Positions 17,561 to 26,046 of a stretch of 64,000 nucleotides of DNA are shown here, one piece after another (position 1 is the first letter of the stretch; every line of letters starts with the position of its first letter). The stretch spans positions 12,716 through 76,715 of the forward strand of contig JAGXTJ010000034.1 in the NCBI GenBank assembly GCA_018333655.1. The letters are read 5' to 3'. The position numbers and the translations under genes were made by a program. The notes under the pieces are model-generated. The model had not been told where the DNA came from and did no database searches. It was given only the letters and a program-made list of their open reading frames with translations. Source of the stretch: Bacillota bacterium (lineage in GTDB: Bacteria > Bacillota > UBA994).

Positions 17561-18809
17561 ACCAGAGGAACGCTGCACCGATGGTGACTGCCACTATCGT
17601 CGTAGGCACGCCAATCTTCATAAATTCACCGAAAGAAACGCTATGCCCTTGCCGCCTCAACATGCCGACAGCGACCACGTTAGCTGAGGCACCGATAGGG
17701 GTGATATTGCCCCCTAGGCTAGTACTGAGGACAAAGGCAAACATAAAGAGCAAGGGATTAACGCCCATGCGTTCTGCTAGTAGCTGTGCTACCGGCAGCA
17801 TGGCAATGGTGTAGGGGATGTTGTCTACCAAGGCGGATACCGCCACGGAAACGACCACAATCAGCAGGAAGGCAGTAAGCAGGGAGTCACCCGCGAGAAC
17901 AGTCATGACATTGGCGACTTCCGTTATCACCCCCGTTACAGTGAGGCTACTAATGAGGACAAAGAGTCCGGCCAGTAAAAAGAAAGTCTGCCAGTCGAGC
18001 TTCGTCAATTCCATAGCAAAGAGGTCGTTGCTGTAGTTCCACAGTAGCGCCACTAGGCCGACCGCAACAGCAATGAGGCCCGGCAAGAAATCTGGTCTGC
18101 CCGGTACAAAAGAGGAACCGGCAAGCAGCATCACCAGTAAGCCTATAAAGAGCGTCGGTGTCCAAGAATAAACGCTAGGTAATTCCATCTTGCTGACAAA
18201 GCCTTTTGCATTGCGGAGAAACCTAAAAACGATGAACATGGCCGCGATAAAGCCGATTTGTACGGCGAAAAAGATGCCCGGCCTATTGTTTACCCAAAAG
18301 AAATCCATAAAAGTAAGGTTAGCGGCCGTAGCCAAGAGTATGCTTGGTGAGTCGCCGATCATGGTGGCTACCCCCTGCATGTTGGCGGCTATCGCTACCG
18401 AAATAAGTACGGGCACAGGTGAGGCTTTAACTTTGCGCGCTGTCTCTAAGGCTAGGGGCGCGACAATAAATACCGTCGCCACGTTCTCTACAACTGCGGA
18501 GAGCAGGCCAGAGAAGACGACAATAGATAGAAGAGAGAGCGCCGCGCTGCCGGAGGCGTTGACCATGCGCGTAGCCATGTAGGCTGGTGCTCCCGAGGCG
18601 ACAAACAGCTCGGCTAAAATCATGGTGCCGAAAAACAGTCCTAGAACATTCCAATTTAAGGCTTGCCAGGCTTGGTTTATGGTGATAATGCCCATCACCA
18701 CGAGGAGAAGTGACGCGCCCCAGACAAAGTAGAGTGAACGTTCTCGTTTTAGGATGAGCAAGAGATAGGTGAGGCCGAATACCAGGACAGCAATGGCTTG
18801 GTCGTTCAA
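17547..18809 (-). CDS. ArsB/NhaD-superfamily permease (CitMHS/DASS-like ion transporter)
   Basis: About 420 aa polytopic membrane protein. TTG start with GGAGGTG RBS 6 nt upstream; the longer 18956 start is unlikely. Confidence 0.55.
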   Translation of the reverse strand: MNDQAIAVLVFGLTYLLLILKRERSLYFVWGASLLLVVMGIITINQAWQALNWNVLGLFFGTMILAELFVASGAPAYMATRMVNASGSAALSLLSIVVFSGLLSAVVENVATVFIVAPLALETARKVKASPVPVLISVAIAANMQGVATMIGDSPSILLATAANLTFMDFFWVNNRPGIFFAVQIGFIAAMFIVFRFLRNAKGFVSKMELPSVYSWTPTLFIGLLVMLLAGSSFVPGRPDFLPGLIAVAVGLVALLWNYSNDLFAMELTKLDWQTFFLLAGLFVLISSLTVTGVITEVANVMTVLAGDSLLTAFLLIVVVSVAVSALVDNIPYTIAMLPVAQLLAERMGVNPLLFMFAFVLSTSLGGNITPIGASANVVAVGMLRRQGHSVSFGEFMKIGVPTTIVAVTIGAAFLWFIWL

Positions 18810-19024
18810 TTTAAACACCTCCGAAAATCTACACACATTACAAAGACCTCTGCCCGTTAGGACAGAGGTCTCGCTGCAAAGCATCGCTTTGTGCAGGGCC
18901 GGCGCGTCAGCGCGAGATGGCGACCATGCATTATTAGCTACTCCCCTCATGTGCACTAACAGTGTATCAGATTAGGTTGGCACTCACAACCCACTTTTAG
19001 TAGTATCCCCGCGCTCTCCTCGCA

Positions 19025-19053
19025 TTGACAAGCCCACATGGCTCAAGGATAAT
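19025..19053 (+). promoter_or_regulatory. SigA-type promoter candidate for murA (TTGACA, 17-nt spacer, GATAAT)
   Basis: TTGACA at 19025-19030, 17-nt spacer, GATAAT at 19048-19053, about 30 nt upstream of the murA ATG. Confidence 0.45.
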
Positions 19054-19085
19054 TGGGGGGTACAGATGTAAGTGAGGGTGAGAAA

Positions 19086-20333
19086 ATGAGCGCCATATTG
19101 GTCAAGGGTGGTAATAAACTTAAAGGCGAAGTGTCGGTCAATGGGTCTAAGTATGTGGCTCTCGCAGCTATACCAGCAGCGCTTTTAGCGAACAGCCAGG
19201 TTGTTCTGGAGAATATTCCGGACCTAAGTGACGTGCGCGTTTTCTGTGAGATTCTAGAGGGGATGGGGGCAAGGGCCTCCTTTGGGGGCGGAGTTGTCAC
19301 TATCGACCCTCGGGGACTACGCCACGCGGTTCCTAACCCGGCCTTAGTGAGGCAGTTGCGTGCTTCTTACTACCTGCTAGGTGCCCTGCTCGGCCGCTTT
19401 GGTGAGGCGGAAGTGGCCTTGCCTGGCGGTGATGATATCGGTCCCCGACCCATCGACCAGCATGTCAAGGGTCTGTGTGCACTAGGCGCCGAGACAAAGA
19501 TCCTGCACGGACATATTAAGGCGACATCGGTGGGGCTTAAAGGTGCCTCCGTCTATCTTGATGTGGCTAGCGTGGGGGCGACGATAAATATCATGCTCAG
19601 CGCGGTTCTTGCCGAAGGACAAACCATCATCGTCAACGCCTACCCGGCTCCGTGGATTATTGATCTCGCCAACATGCTTAATGCGATGGGGGCGAGAGTC
19701 TATGGGGCAGGCACAGAAACAATTCGCATTCAGGGTGTGAAAGCGCTCCATGGCTGCCAGCATGCCATTATTCCTGATCAGAGCGAGGCGGCCACCTTGA
19801 TGATTGCCGCTACCCTCACGGGGGGAGATGTAACGCTCCAAAATGTCATCCCCCTCCACTTGGGGTCAGTTACTGCTAAGCTACGCGAGACTGGGGCGGT
19901 AGTCTTACCTACGGAAGACAGTATTCGTGTCATCGGCCCACAGCGCCCTTCGGCCGTGAATGTCAAGACGCTGCCGTACCCAGGTTTCTTTACGGATTTT
20001 CAGGCACCCATGAGTACTCTTCTAACAGTGGCAGAAGGAACGAGCCTAGTCACAGAGACCATTTGGGAAGACCGCTTCAGGCATCTGGAAGAGTTGATCA
20101 ACATGGGGGCTAAAGTTCGTTTTGAAGGGCGTAGCGCTTACATAGAGGGCGTGCCGAAACTTACAGGCGCTCTCGTGCGTGGAACCGACTTACGGGCGGC
20201 GGCCTCGCTGGTCATGGCGGGCATGGTGGCCGAGGGGGAGACGCTGGTAGAAGGCATTATGCACATGGACAGAGGTTATGAAAAACTAGACCAAAAGCTG
20301 CGCGCGCTTGGGGCCGACATCACCCGGCAATAA
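19086..20333 (+). CDS. murA: UDP-N-acetylglucosamine 1-carboxyvinyltransferase
   Basis: MSAILVKGGNKLKGEVSVNGSKY...; EPSP/MurA fold signatures throughout. ATG 9 nt after RBS GAGGGTGAG. Confidence 0.9.
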   Translation: MSAILVKGGNKLKGEVSVNGSKYVALAAIPAALLANSQVVLENIPDLSDVRVFCEILEGMGARASFGGGVVTIDPRGLRHAVPNPALVRQLRASYYLLGALLGRFGEAEVALPGGDDIGPRPIDQHVKGLCALGAETKILHGHIKATSVGLKGASVYLDVASVGATINIMLSAVLAEGQTIIVNAYPAPWIIDLANMLNAMGARVYGAGTETIRIQGVKALHGCQHAIIPDQSEAATLMIAATLTGGDVTLQNVIPLHLGSVTAKLRETGAVVLPTEDSIRVIGPQRPSAVNVKTLPYPGFFTDFQAPMSTLLTVAEGTSLVTETIWEDRFRHLEELINMGAKVRFEGRSAYIEGVPKLTGALVRGTDLRAAASLVMAGMVAEGETLVEGIMHMDRGYEKLDQKLRALGADITRQ

Positions 20334-20416
20334 GGGCGTAATAAAAAAACTATTTGTCGTGAAAGGTATTTGTTGGTCGTGTAGCGAAGATATGTCTAGG
20401 TATTTGTTGGACATGG

Positions 20417-22237
20417 ATGGTGGTTACTATGAGTTCATCAAGATGGCGGACCTACCGGAGTCTCTTAGTCATGGTGTCGCTCTGCATTGCGGTGATTGTA
20501 ACTTATCTATGGCCTTTACCAGCACTTAACGCTTTGCTAGTTCTTGTGCTTGGCACGGTGGTTGGAGCTATTTACTACGGCTGGGTAGGCACGGGCATCG
20601 TCATGGCGGTGTATGCCGTGCCTGTAGCAGTTATGCACCTGCTAAATCGCGCGTCCATGGCGGAGTGGGCGTTGCTTTTGGCGACGATTTTTTTAGCCGT
20701 TCTCATAAGTTACCTTGCCATGCTCATCTCGGGACAAATTGTGCAGGAGCTTCGCCACAGGCGCCTAAAAACTCGCCAATTGCAGCGGGAGTTACGGCGC
20801 GTCAGATGTGTTTTGCATGCCACCGAGGAGATTATGAGGCGGTCTGACGTCCCAGATATTTTCGACACTGCCGTCAAGCGTGCGTGTAATATTTTGGGTG
20901 GCCATGGAGCGGGTGTCTGGCTATGGGAGGGCGAAAACTATACGCCGGTCTGCTTGGTAGAGTGGCCGAATGAAGTGCTGCCAAGTAGTTTTGTCGAGCG
21001 CAGAACAGAGCCAGCCAAGTATGAGGCTAGGCATTTTTATGAAGGCGGGCACAATGTGCTGCAGGCCACATTCCCCCATGGTGAGCATGCTGGCATTATC
21101 GCAGTTGTGGTCAAGGGTCCCCGACGTAAGTATAAAACAGCCCTGCAATCGCTCACTTCTTTAGCGCGTCTCCTAGGCGTCGCCTTGGCTAATGGCCGAA
21201 CTCTAGAGTCGCTGCGTGTATCAGCAGACTATCTCTCCCTGCTCAACGAACTAGGGCGGCGATTTGCGTCGAACTTGAGCTTAGAGGACTTGTTCAGTAC
21301 CATGTACCGCGAAGTGCGCAAAGTTATGGACGCGGAGGCCTTTTTTGTGGCCCTGTACAGTGCTCCGCAGCAAGAAATCGACTTGCGCTACATCTTTGAC
21401 CAAGGAACTAGAATTGCTCCGATGAAGTACTTATTGAACGACGGGCCTACATCGCGCGCCATCAAGTCACGAAAACCGGTGCTCTATCATGCTGATGCAC
21501 GTCTCATTCCTGGCGTGACGGTTATCGGTCTAGACACGCGCGTAGTGCAATCTGTGCTAGTGGTTCCTATATTTCTTGAGGACAAGGTCGTGGGTGCGCT
21601 TTCCGCACAGAGTTACAATGCCCACGCTTATTCCGAGGAGCATGTGCGCGTCTTATCCATTATTGCCAGCCAAGCCGCTATAGCTATAGACAATGCTAAA
21701 CTCTATGAGCAGACTCTAAACATAGCGATGAGTGATGGCATGACTGGGCTAGCCAATGCGCGCTCACTGCATCAATTTCTCGAGGACTTACTGCAAAACG
21801 CGCACACTAACGGCCGTGAGGTCTCGCTTCTCATGCTCGACTCCGACTGTCTAAAGTTAATAAACGATAAGTTTGGGCACCTAGCGGGTGATGACCACAT
21901 CATCAACCTGGCTGAGGTGCTGAGGGCCAATGTTAGAATTGGCGATTTGGTTGCGCGCTACGGCGGAGACGAGTTTGTCGTGGTTCTGCCTAATACCGCG
22001 ACTGAAGAAGCCTGCCTAATTGGCGATCGCATTCTCTCCGCTGTGCGCCAGACGCGGCATCAGGCAGGCAATATAAGCATGGCTGTCACCACGAGTGCCG
22101 GGGTAGCGACCTACCCCCACGACGCCACCACTGTCGACGAGTTGATTCGAGCTGCGGATGTAGCCATGTACCGCGCCAAAGAGGCTGGCAAAGACAGGGT
22201 AGTCTACGTGGGGGACCAGGTAGCTAGGACCGCCTAG
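20417..22237 (+). CDS. Membrane-anchored GAF-GGDEF diguanylate cyclase
   Basis: N-terminal TM helices and a GAF-like middle. GGDEF domain with intact RYGGDEF and an RxxD I-site (RIGD) 5 residues upstream. Confidence 0.8.
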   Translation: MVVTMSSSRWRTYRSLLVMVSLCIAVIVTYLWPLPALNALLVLVLGTVVGAIYYGWVGTGIVMAVYAVPVAVMHLLNRASMAEWALLLATIFLAVLISYLAMLISGQIVQELRHRRLKTRQLQRELRRVRCVLHATEEIMRRSDVPDIFDTAVKRACNILGGHGAGVWLWEGENYTPVCLVEWPNEVLPSSFVERRTEPAKYEARHFYEGGHNVLQATFPHGEHAGIIAVVVKGPRRKYKTALQSLTSLARLLGVALANGRTLESLRVSADYLSLLNELGRRFASNLSLEDLFSTMYREVRKVMDAEAFFVALYSAPQQEIDLRYIFDQGTRIAPMKYLLNDGPTSRAIKSRKPVLYHADARLIPGVTVIGLDTRVVQSVLVVPIFLEDKVVGALSAQSYNAHAYSEEHVRVLSIIASQAAIAIDNAKLYEQTLNIAMSDGMTGLANARSLHQFLEDLLQNAHTNGREVSLLMLDSDCLKLINDKFGHLAGDDHIINLAEVLRANVRIGDLVARYGGDEFVVVLPNTATEEACLIGDRILSAVRQTRHQAGNISMAVTTSAGVATYPHDATTVDELIRAADVAMYRAKEAGKDRVVYVGDQVARTA

Positions 22238-22691
22238 CCTTGCCGGAGATGTTGACGATGTCGATGGCGATAACGGTAGTTTTAGCCATCCCTGCGGCGG
22301 TAACGGGCGAAAACGGCACTTGTGCGTGTTTCTCAGTCAGCGCCGTTAAGGCCATCAATTTTTCCTCGGCATCACTTACAAAGCGTGCCACACCCTCTAC
22401 GATAGCACTGCGATAGTAGGTTCCATACTCGCATGCGCTGCCGCCACTTTTTATACCGTCTAGAAATGATACGGCAAAAGTGCACTGTGGGTTCTGGCGG
22501 AGGATTGTAATCTTGCGCCCCTCTGGTGCGCAGTGAAAGTAAATGCTTTGTTTATGCCAGACGAAATGAAGCGGAATGGCGTAGGGTATGTTATTCTCAG
22601 CAAGGGCTAAGTACCCAACAGTGGCCTCGCGCAAGTAACTCTGTGCTTCTTCATGGTCCACAGCGCGGTCAAGACGTCGCATATCCATCAT
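22224..22691 (-). CDS. Pyridoxamine 5'-phosphate oxidase-family (FMN-binding split-barrel) protein
   Basis: PNPOx-like split barrel (VGYLALAENNIPYAIPLHFVW...IYFHCAPEGRKITIL). Start ATG at 22691 with RBS GAGGAGG; the longer ORF-track start is unlikely. Confidence 0.6.
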   Translation of the reverse strand: MMDMRRLDRAVDHEEAQSYLREATVGYLALAENNIPYAIPLHFVWHKQSIYFHCAPEGRKITILRQNPQCTFAVSFLDGIKSGGSACEYGTYYRSAIVEGVARFVSDAEEKLMALTALTEKHAQVPFSPVTAAGMAKTTVIAIDIVNISGKARRS

Positions 22692-22780
22692 TTGTTTCCT
22701 CCTCATGGCGGTCTGTTGTTCGCCATATGCTAGCAATATGATATCTCTAAAACGGCGCTCTGGAAAGGAGGGGGATTTCG

Positions 22781-22993
22781 GTGGAGATCGTGATATGCCA
22801 ACTGACTCTCGAAGCCCTAGATAACAATCTTAAAGAGTACCTCACCCAAAACTGCGCGGACGACACTGTGCTAGTAGCTAAATGTATCGGATGTTGTGGG
22901 GAATGTGCCTCAACATATGTCGTTCTAGTTGATGGCGACCCTGTCGTGGCCAGTAGTCGCGAGAAATTGCTAGAGCGTTTGCACTCGCTTTAA
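22781..22993 (+). CDS. DUF1450-family small Cys-rich protein
   Basis: 70 aa. CIGCCGECA motif, VVLVDGDPV. GTG start after GGAGGGGG. Confidence 0.5.
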   Translation: MEIVICQLTLEALDNNLKEYLTQNCADDTVLVAKCIGCCGECASTYVVLVDGDPVVASSREKLLERLHSL

Positions 22994-23028
22994 AGACAAC
23001 GAGAGGGAAGCTAGAGGTGAAGGGCGCC

Positions 23029-23919
23029 ATGTGGCAAGGCATAGAGAGATGGTTGTCTTTTGACCCGGGCCGACGCGGCTTTGCGGGTAATTTGCGACCA
23101 GGTGACTTAGAACGTGGGACGAGGCGGCTGCAAAGTGCTAATAGCATTGCTGTCGCTACAGGGTTTTTCATCCCAGCGGCGCAGGCAGTAGAGAACGATG
23201 GCCCCTTGGGGGCTGTTTTTCTGGCTCGGGCACTGCTCGCTTTAGGTAAAGAGGTAGTTTTACTAGTTCCGGATACGGCAGAAGCGGCGTGCCAAGTGTT
23301 GTGCCAAGCGCTCGGCCTCAATTGCCGAGCGGTGCTCCTGTCGCCAGGACTCGTGAGCGAGCAGTTTATAGAGCAACTAGGTTGCGACACACTGGTCGTC
23401 ATCGAATACCCTGGTCAAGGGGGGGACAAAACCTGTCGCAATATGCGAGGCGCGGACATAACCCCGTACGTTCCGCTGCTTGATACGGCCTTCAACTACG
23501 CTAAACAGTGCGGTATCTTTACCATAGCGGTGGGGGATGGCGGCAATGAACTAGGTTGTGGCGGTAGAGGCAGTGTGGCGGTAGCACCCTGTGGCACCCC
23601 CATTGCGGCAGTGACTGAAGCAGAGGTGGTGCTCGCTGCTGGGCTAAGCAATTGGGGCGTTTATGCCCTCTTGGCAGCTTTGTCACTTCTAGAGAATAAG
23701 AATATGGTACCAACTCCGAGTGAGGAGCGTAGTCTCTTAGAGAAATTATGCCAGGTAGGAGTGGTAGACGGCTACCATTGCTTATGCCAAGCGACGGTAG
23801 ACGGGCAAGCAGCCGAGGTGTTAGCCGATGTACTACAAGATCTGCATAGAGCGGTGACAGATAGTCTTGACACACAGCGTAGCGTGGCTGTATCGTCAGT
23901 TTGGGTGGCAAACAGTTAA
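23029..23919 (+). CDS. Conserved hypothetical protein (possibly DUF4392 / D-glutamate-cyclase-C-like)
   Basis: Roughly 300 aa soluble ORF with IAVGDGGNELGCGG segment. Family assignment is uncertain. Confidence 0.3.
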   Translation: MWQGIERWLSFDPGRRGFAGNLRPGDLERGTRRLQSANSIAVATGFFIPAAQAVENDGPLGAVFLARALLALGKEVVLLVPDTAEAACQVLCQALGLNCRAVLLSPGLVSEQFIEQLGCDTLVVIEYPGQGGDKTCRNMRGADITPYVPLLDTAFNYAKQCGIFTIAVGDGGNELGCGGRGSVAVAPCGTPIAAVTEAEVVLAAGLSNWGVYALLAALSLLENKNMVPTPSEERSLLEKLCQVGVVDGYHCLCQATVDGQAAEVLADVLQDLHRAVTDSLDTQRSVAVSSVWVANS

Positions 23920-23936
23920 TGAGCAGGAGGAGAAAG

Positions 23937-24764
23937 ATGAATACCAAAGAAATCATGGCTTTAGCACTAGAGCTTGCCGGTCTTACAGAGGTACCCTCAG
24001 ACTCGGCCATTCTCGTGGCAGGTGAAAACATTAAGCGCGTACTGGTGGGCGTCGACATGGGCACAGCCGAAATTATGCTGGCCAAAGAGCTTAAAGTTGA
24101 TTTGGTCATCGGGCATCACCCCGTTGGCGGAACGGCTCGCACCGAATTTCCTGAGGTCATGAAACGCCAAGTAGACAAAATGGTGAGTGCTGGCATCCCA
24201 ATTAATAAAGCGCAAAAGGTCTTAGCCAAAAAGATGGGCGAAGTTGAGCGCGCTGGGCATGCCGCGAATTATGATCAGGCTTGGTCGGCGGCGAGGCTCC
24301 TCAACATGCCCCTTATTAGTCTTCATTCGCCAACCGATATACTGGCGGAACGGGCCGTCGAAAAGAAAATTGCCGACAAACTAGGTGACAATCCGCGTGC
24401 CACCTTGCAAGATGTCTTAGATGCCCTAGGGGAGATGCCGGAGTACCAAAAAACCCTGGCTAAACCAGTAATCAGGGTGGGTTCGCCCAAGGACTTTGTC
24501 GGCAAGCCACTCGTCATCATGGCAGGAGGCACTAATGGCGGGGTTGACGTCATTAAAGCATATTTTGAAGCCGGTATTGGCACCACTATCTCTATGCACA
24601 TGCCCGAGGACGTTATCAAGGCGGTTAAAGAGCAAAACATTGGCAACTGCATTGTGGCAGGGCACATGGCGAGCGACTCGGTGGGCATCAATATCTTTCT
24701 CGCAGCACTCGCGGAGAGAGGCATTGAGGTCTTACGCATGAGTGGAGTTATAGATCCCAAGTAA
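23937..24764 (+). CDS. Nif3-family dinuclear-metal-centre protein (YqfO/YbgI-like)
   Basis: DLVIGHHP motif and AGHMASD. Length and layout typical of Nif3. Confidence 0.6.
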   Translation: MNTKEIMALALELAGLTEVPSDSAILVAGENIKRVLVGVDMGTAEIMLAKELKVDLVIGHHPVGGTARTEFPEVMKRQVDKMVSAGIPINKAQKVLAKKMGEVERAGHAANYDQAWSAARLLNMPLISLHSPTDILAERAVEKKIADKLGDNPRATLQDVLDALGEMPEYQKTLAKPVIRVGSPKDFVGKPLVIMAGGTNGGVDVIKAYFEAGIGTTISMHMPEDVIKAVKEQNIGNCIVAGHMASDSVGINIFLAALAERGIEVLRMSGVIDPK

Positions 24765-24797
24765 ATGATAGAGAATTCTAGCCTAAGGAGGAAGTAG

Positions 24798-25976
24798 ATG
24801 CAAATTGCCGATCGCATTACGAGCATGCCCAAGTACCTGTTTGCAGAAATAGACAGGCTGAAGTGGGAGGCGCGGGCCAAGGGAGTCGACCTCATCAACT
24901 TGGGGGTGGGTGACCCAGATGTACCGACGCCGGATTTTATTGTCAATGCTATGGTTGATATTGTCAAAAATCAGCCTGCCACACATCAGTATCCGGAGTA
25001 CGATGGCGATCCAGCTTTTCGCCGCAGTGCCGCAGCCTACTTAAAAAAGCGCTTTTCACTCGATGTTCACCCTGACAAAGAGTTAGTAGCTTTGATTGGC
25101 TCCAAAGAAGGTATAGCCCATTTTGCTTTGGCGGTGGCAAACCCGGGTGACGTAGTTCTAGTGCCCGACCCTGCCTACCCAGTCTACTACATGTCGGCAG
25201 TTCTCGCGGGTGCCGAGCCATACCTTATGCCTTTGCTAGAAGAGAATGACTACCTGCCGGACTTTGCCGCCATACCCGCACACATACTGCGACGTGCCCG
25301 ACTAATGTACTTAAACTACCCCAATAATCCCACCGCCGCAGTGGCAGACCTGTCTTTTTTTGCTAAGGCGGTCGCTTTCGCCAAGGAACATAATATCGTC
25401 ATCTGCCACGATAACGCCTATGCCGAGATTACTTTTGACGGTTTTGTGGCCCCAAGCATACTGGAAGTACCGGGCGCCGAAGACTGCTGCATTGAGCTCT
25501 ACTCGCTGTCTAAGCCGCTCAACATGACAGGGTGGCGCATTGCTTTTGCCTATGGACAAGAGAAACTTATCGCGGCTCTCCGCAAGGTTAAAACGGCGAC
25601 TGACAGCGGGCCCTTCACGGCTATTCAGTTCGCGGCCATAGAGGGGTTAGCTAACCCCGACGCGACGATAGCCGGCATGCGCGATATCTATACGGCACGT
25701 CGTGACCGTGTTATCGCGCTGCTCAAGTCACTCGGGCTACCCTGTGCTTCGCCAAGGGCTTCGCTCTATGTGTGGCTACGAGTGCCAGAGCAGTTTCCTT
25801 CTTCGCAGGCCTTTTCCATGGCTCTTCTCGCTAGTCAAGGGGTAATTGTCTCTCCTGGCGTTGGTTTCGGGCAGTATGGGGAAGGTTACTTCCGCATATC
25901 GCTCACCACCCCCGATCATCGCCTCGACGAAGGACTCGAGCGCCTACGCAACTTCCTCTTAGAGAGCAAAAGTTAA
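24798..25976 (+). CDS. dapL: LL-diaminopimelate aminotransferase (DapL-type class I aminotransferase)
   Basis: KYLFAEIDRLK, LGVGDPDVPTP, LIGSKEGIAH, NYPNNPT, SLSKPLNMTGWRIAFA (PLP-Lys region). Closely resembles DapL sequences from memory. Confidence 0.7.
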   Translation: MQIADRITSMPKYLFAEIDRLKWEARAKGVDLINLGVGDPDVPTPDFIVNAMVDIVKNQPATHQYPEYDGDPAFRRSAAAYLKKRFSLDVHPDKELVALIGSKEGIAHFALAVANPGDVVLVPDPAYPVYYMSAVLAGAEPYLMPLLEENDYLPDFAAIPAHILRRARLMYLNYPNNPTAAVADLSFFAKAVAFAKEHNIVICHDNAYAEITFDGFVAPSILEVPGAEDCCIELYSLSKPLNMTGWRIAFAYGQEKLIAALRKVKTATDSGPFTAIQFAAIEGLANPDATIAGMRDIYTARRDRVIALLKSLGLPCASPRASLYVWLRVPEQFPSSQAFSMALLASQGVIVSPGVGFGQYGEGYFRISLTTPDHRLDEGLERLRNFLLESKS

Positions 25977-26007
25977 TTGGCTGCGGCTCTAACCATAGGT
26001 ATTTATA

Positions 26008-26043
26008 GGCTACCCCCACGCTACTCTAGGCGTGGGGGTAGCC
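26008..26043 (+). terminator. Terminator-like perfect 14-bp hairpin after dapL (U-tract replaced by intron insertion)
   Basis: ggctacccccacgc-tactctag-gcgtgggggtagcc. The intron 5' end GTGCG begins 3 nt later at 26047. Confidence 0.5.
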
Positions 26044-26046
26044 TAT

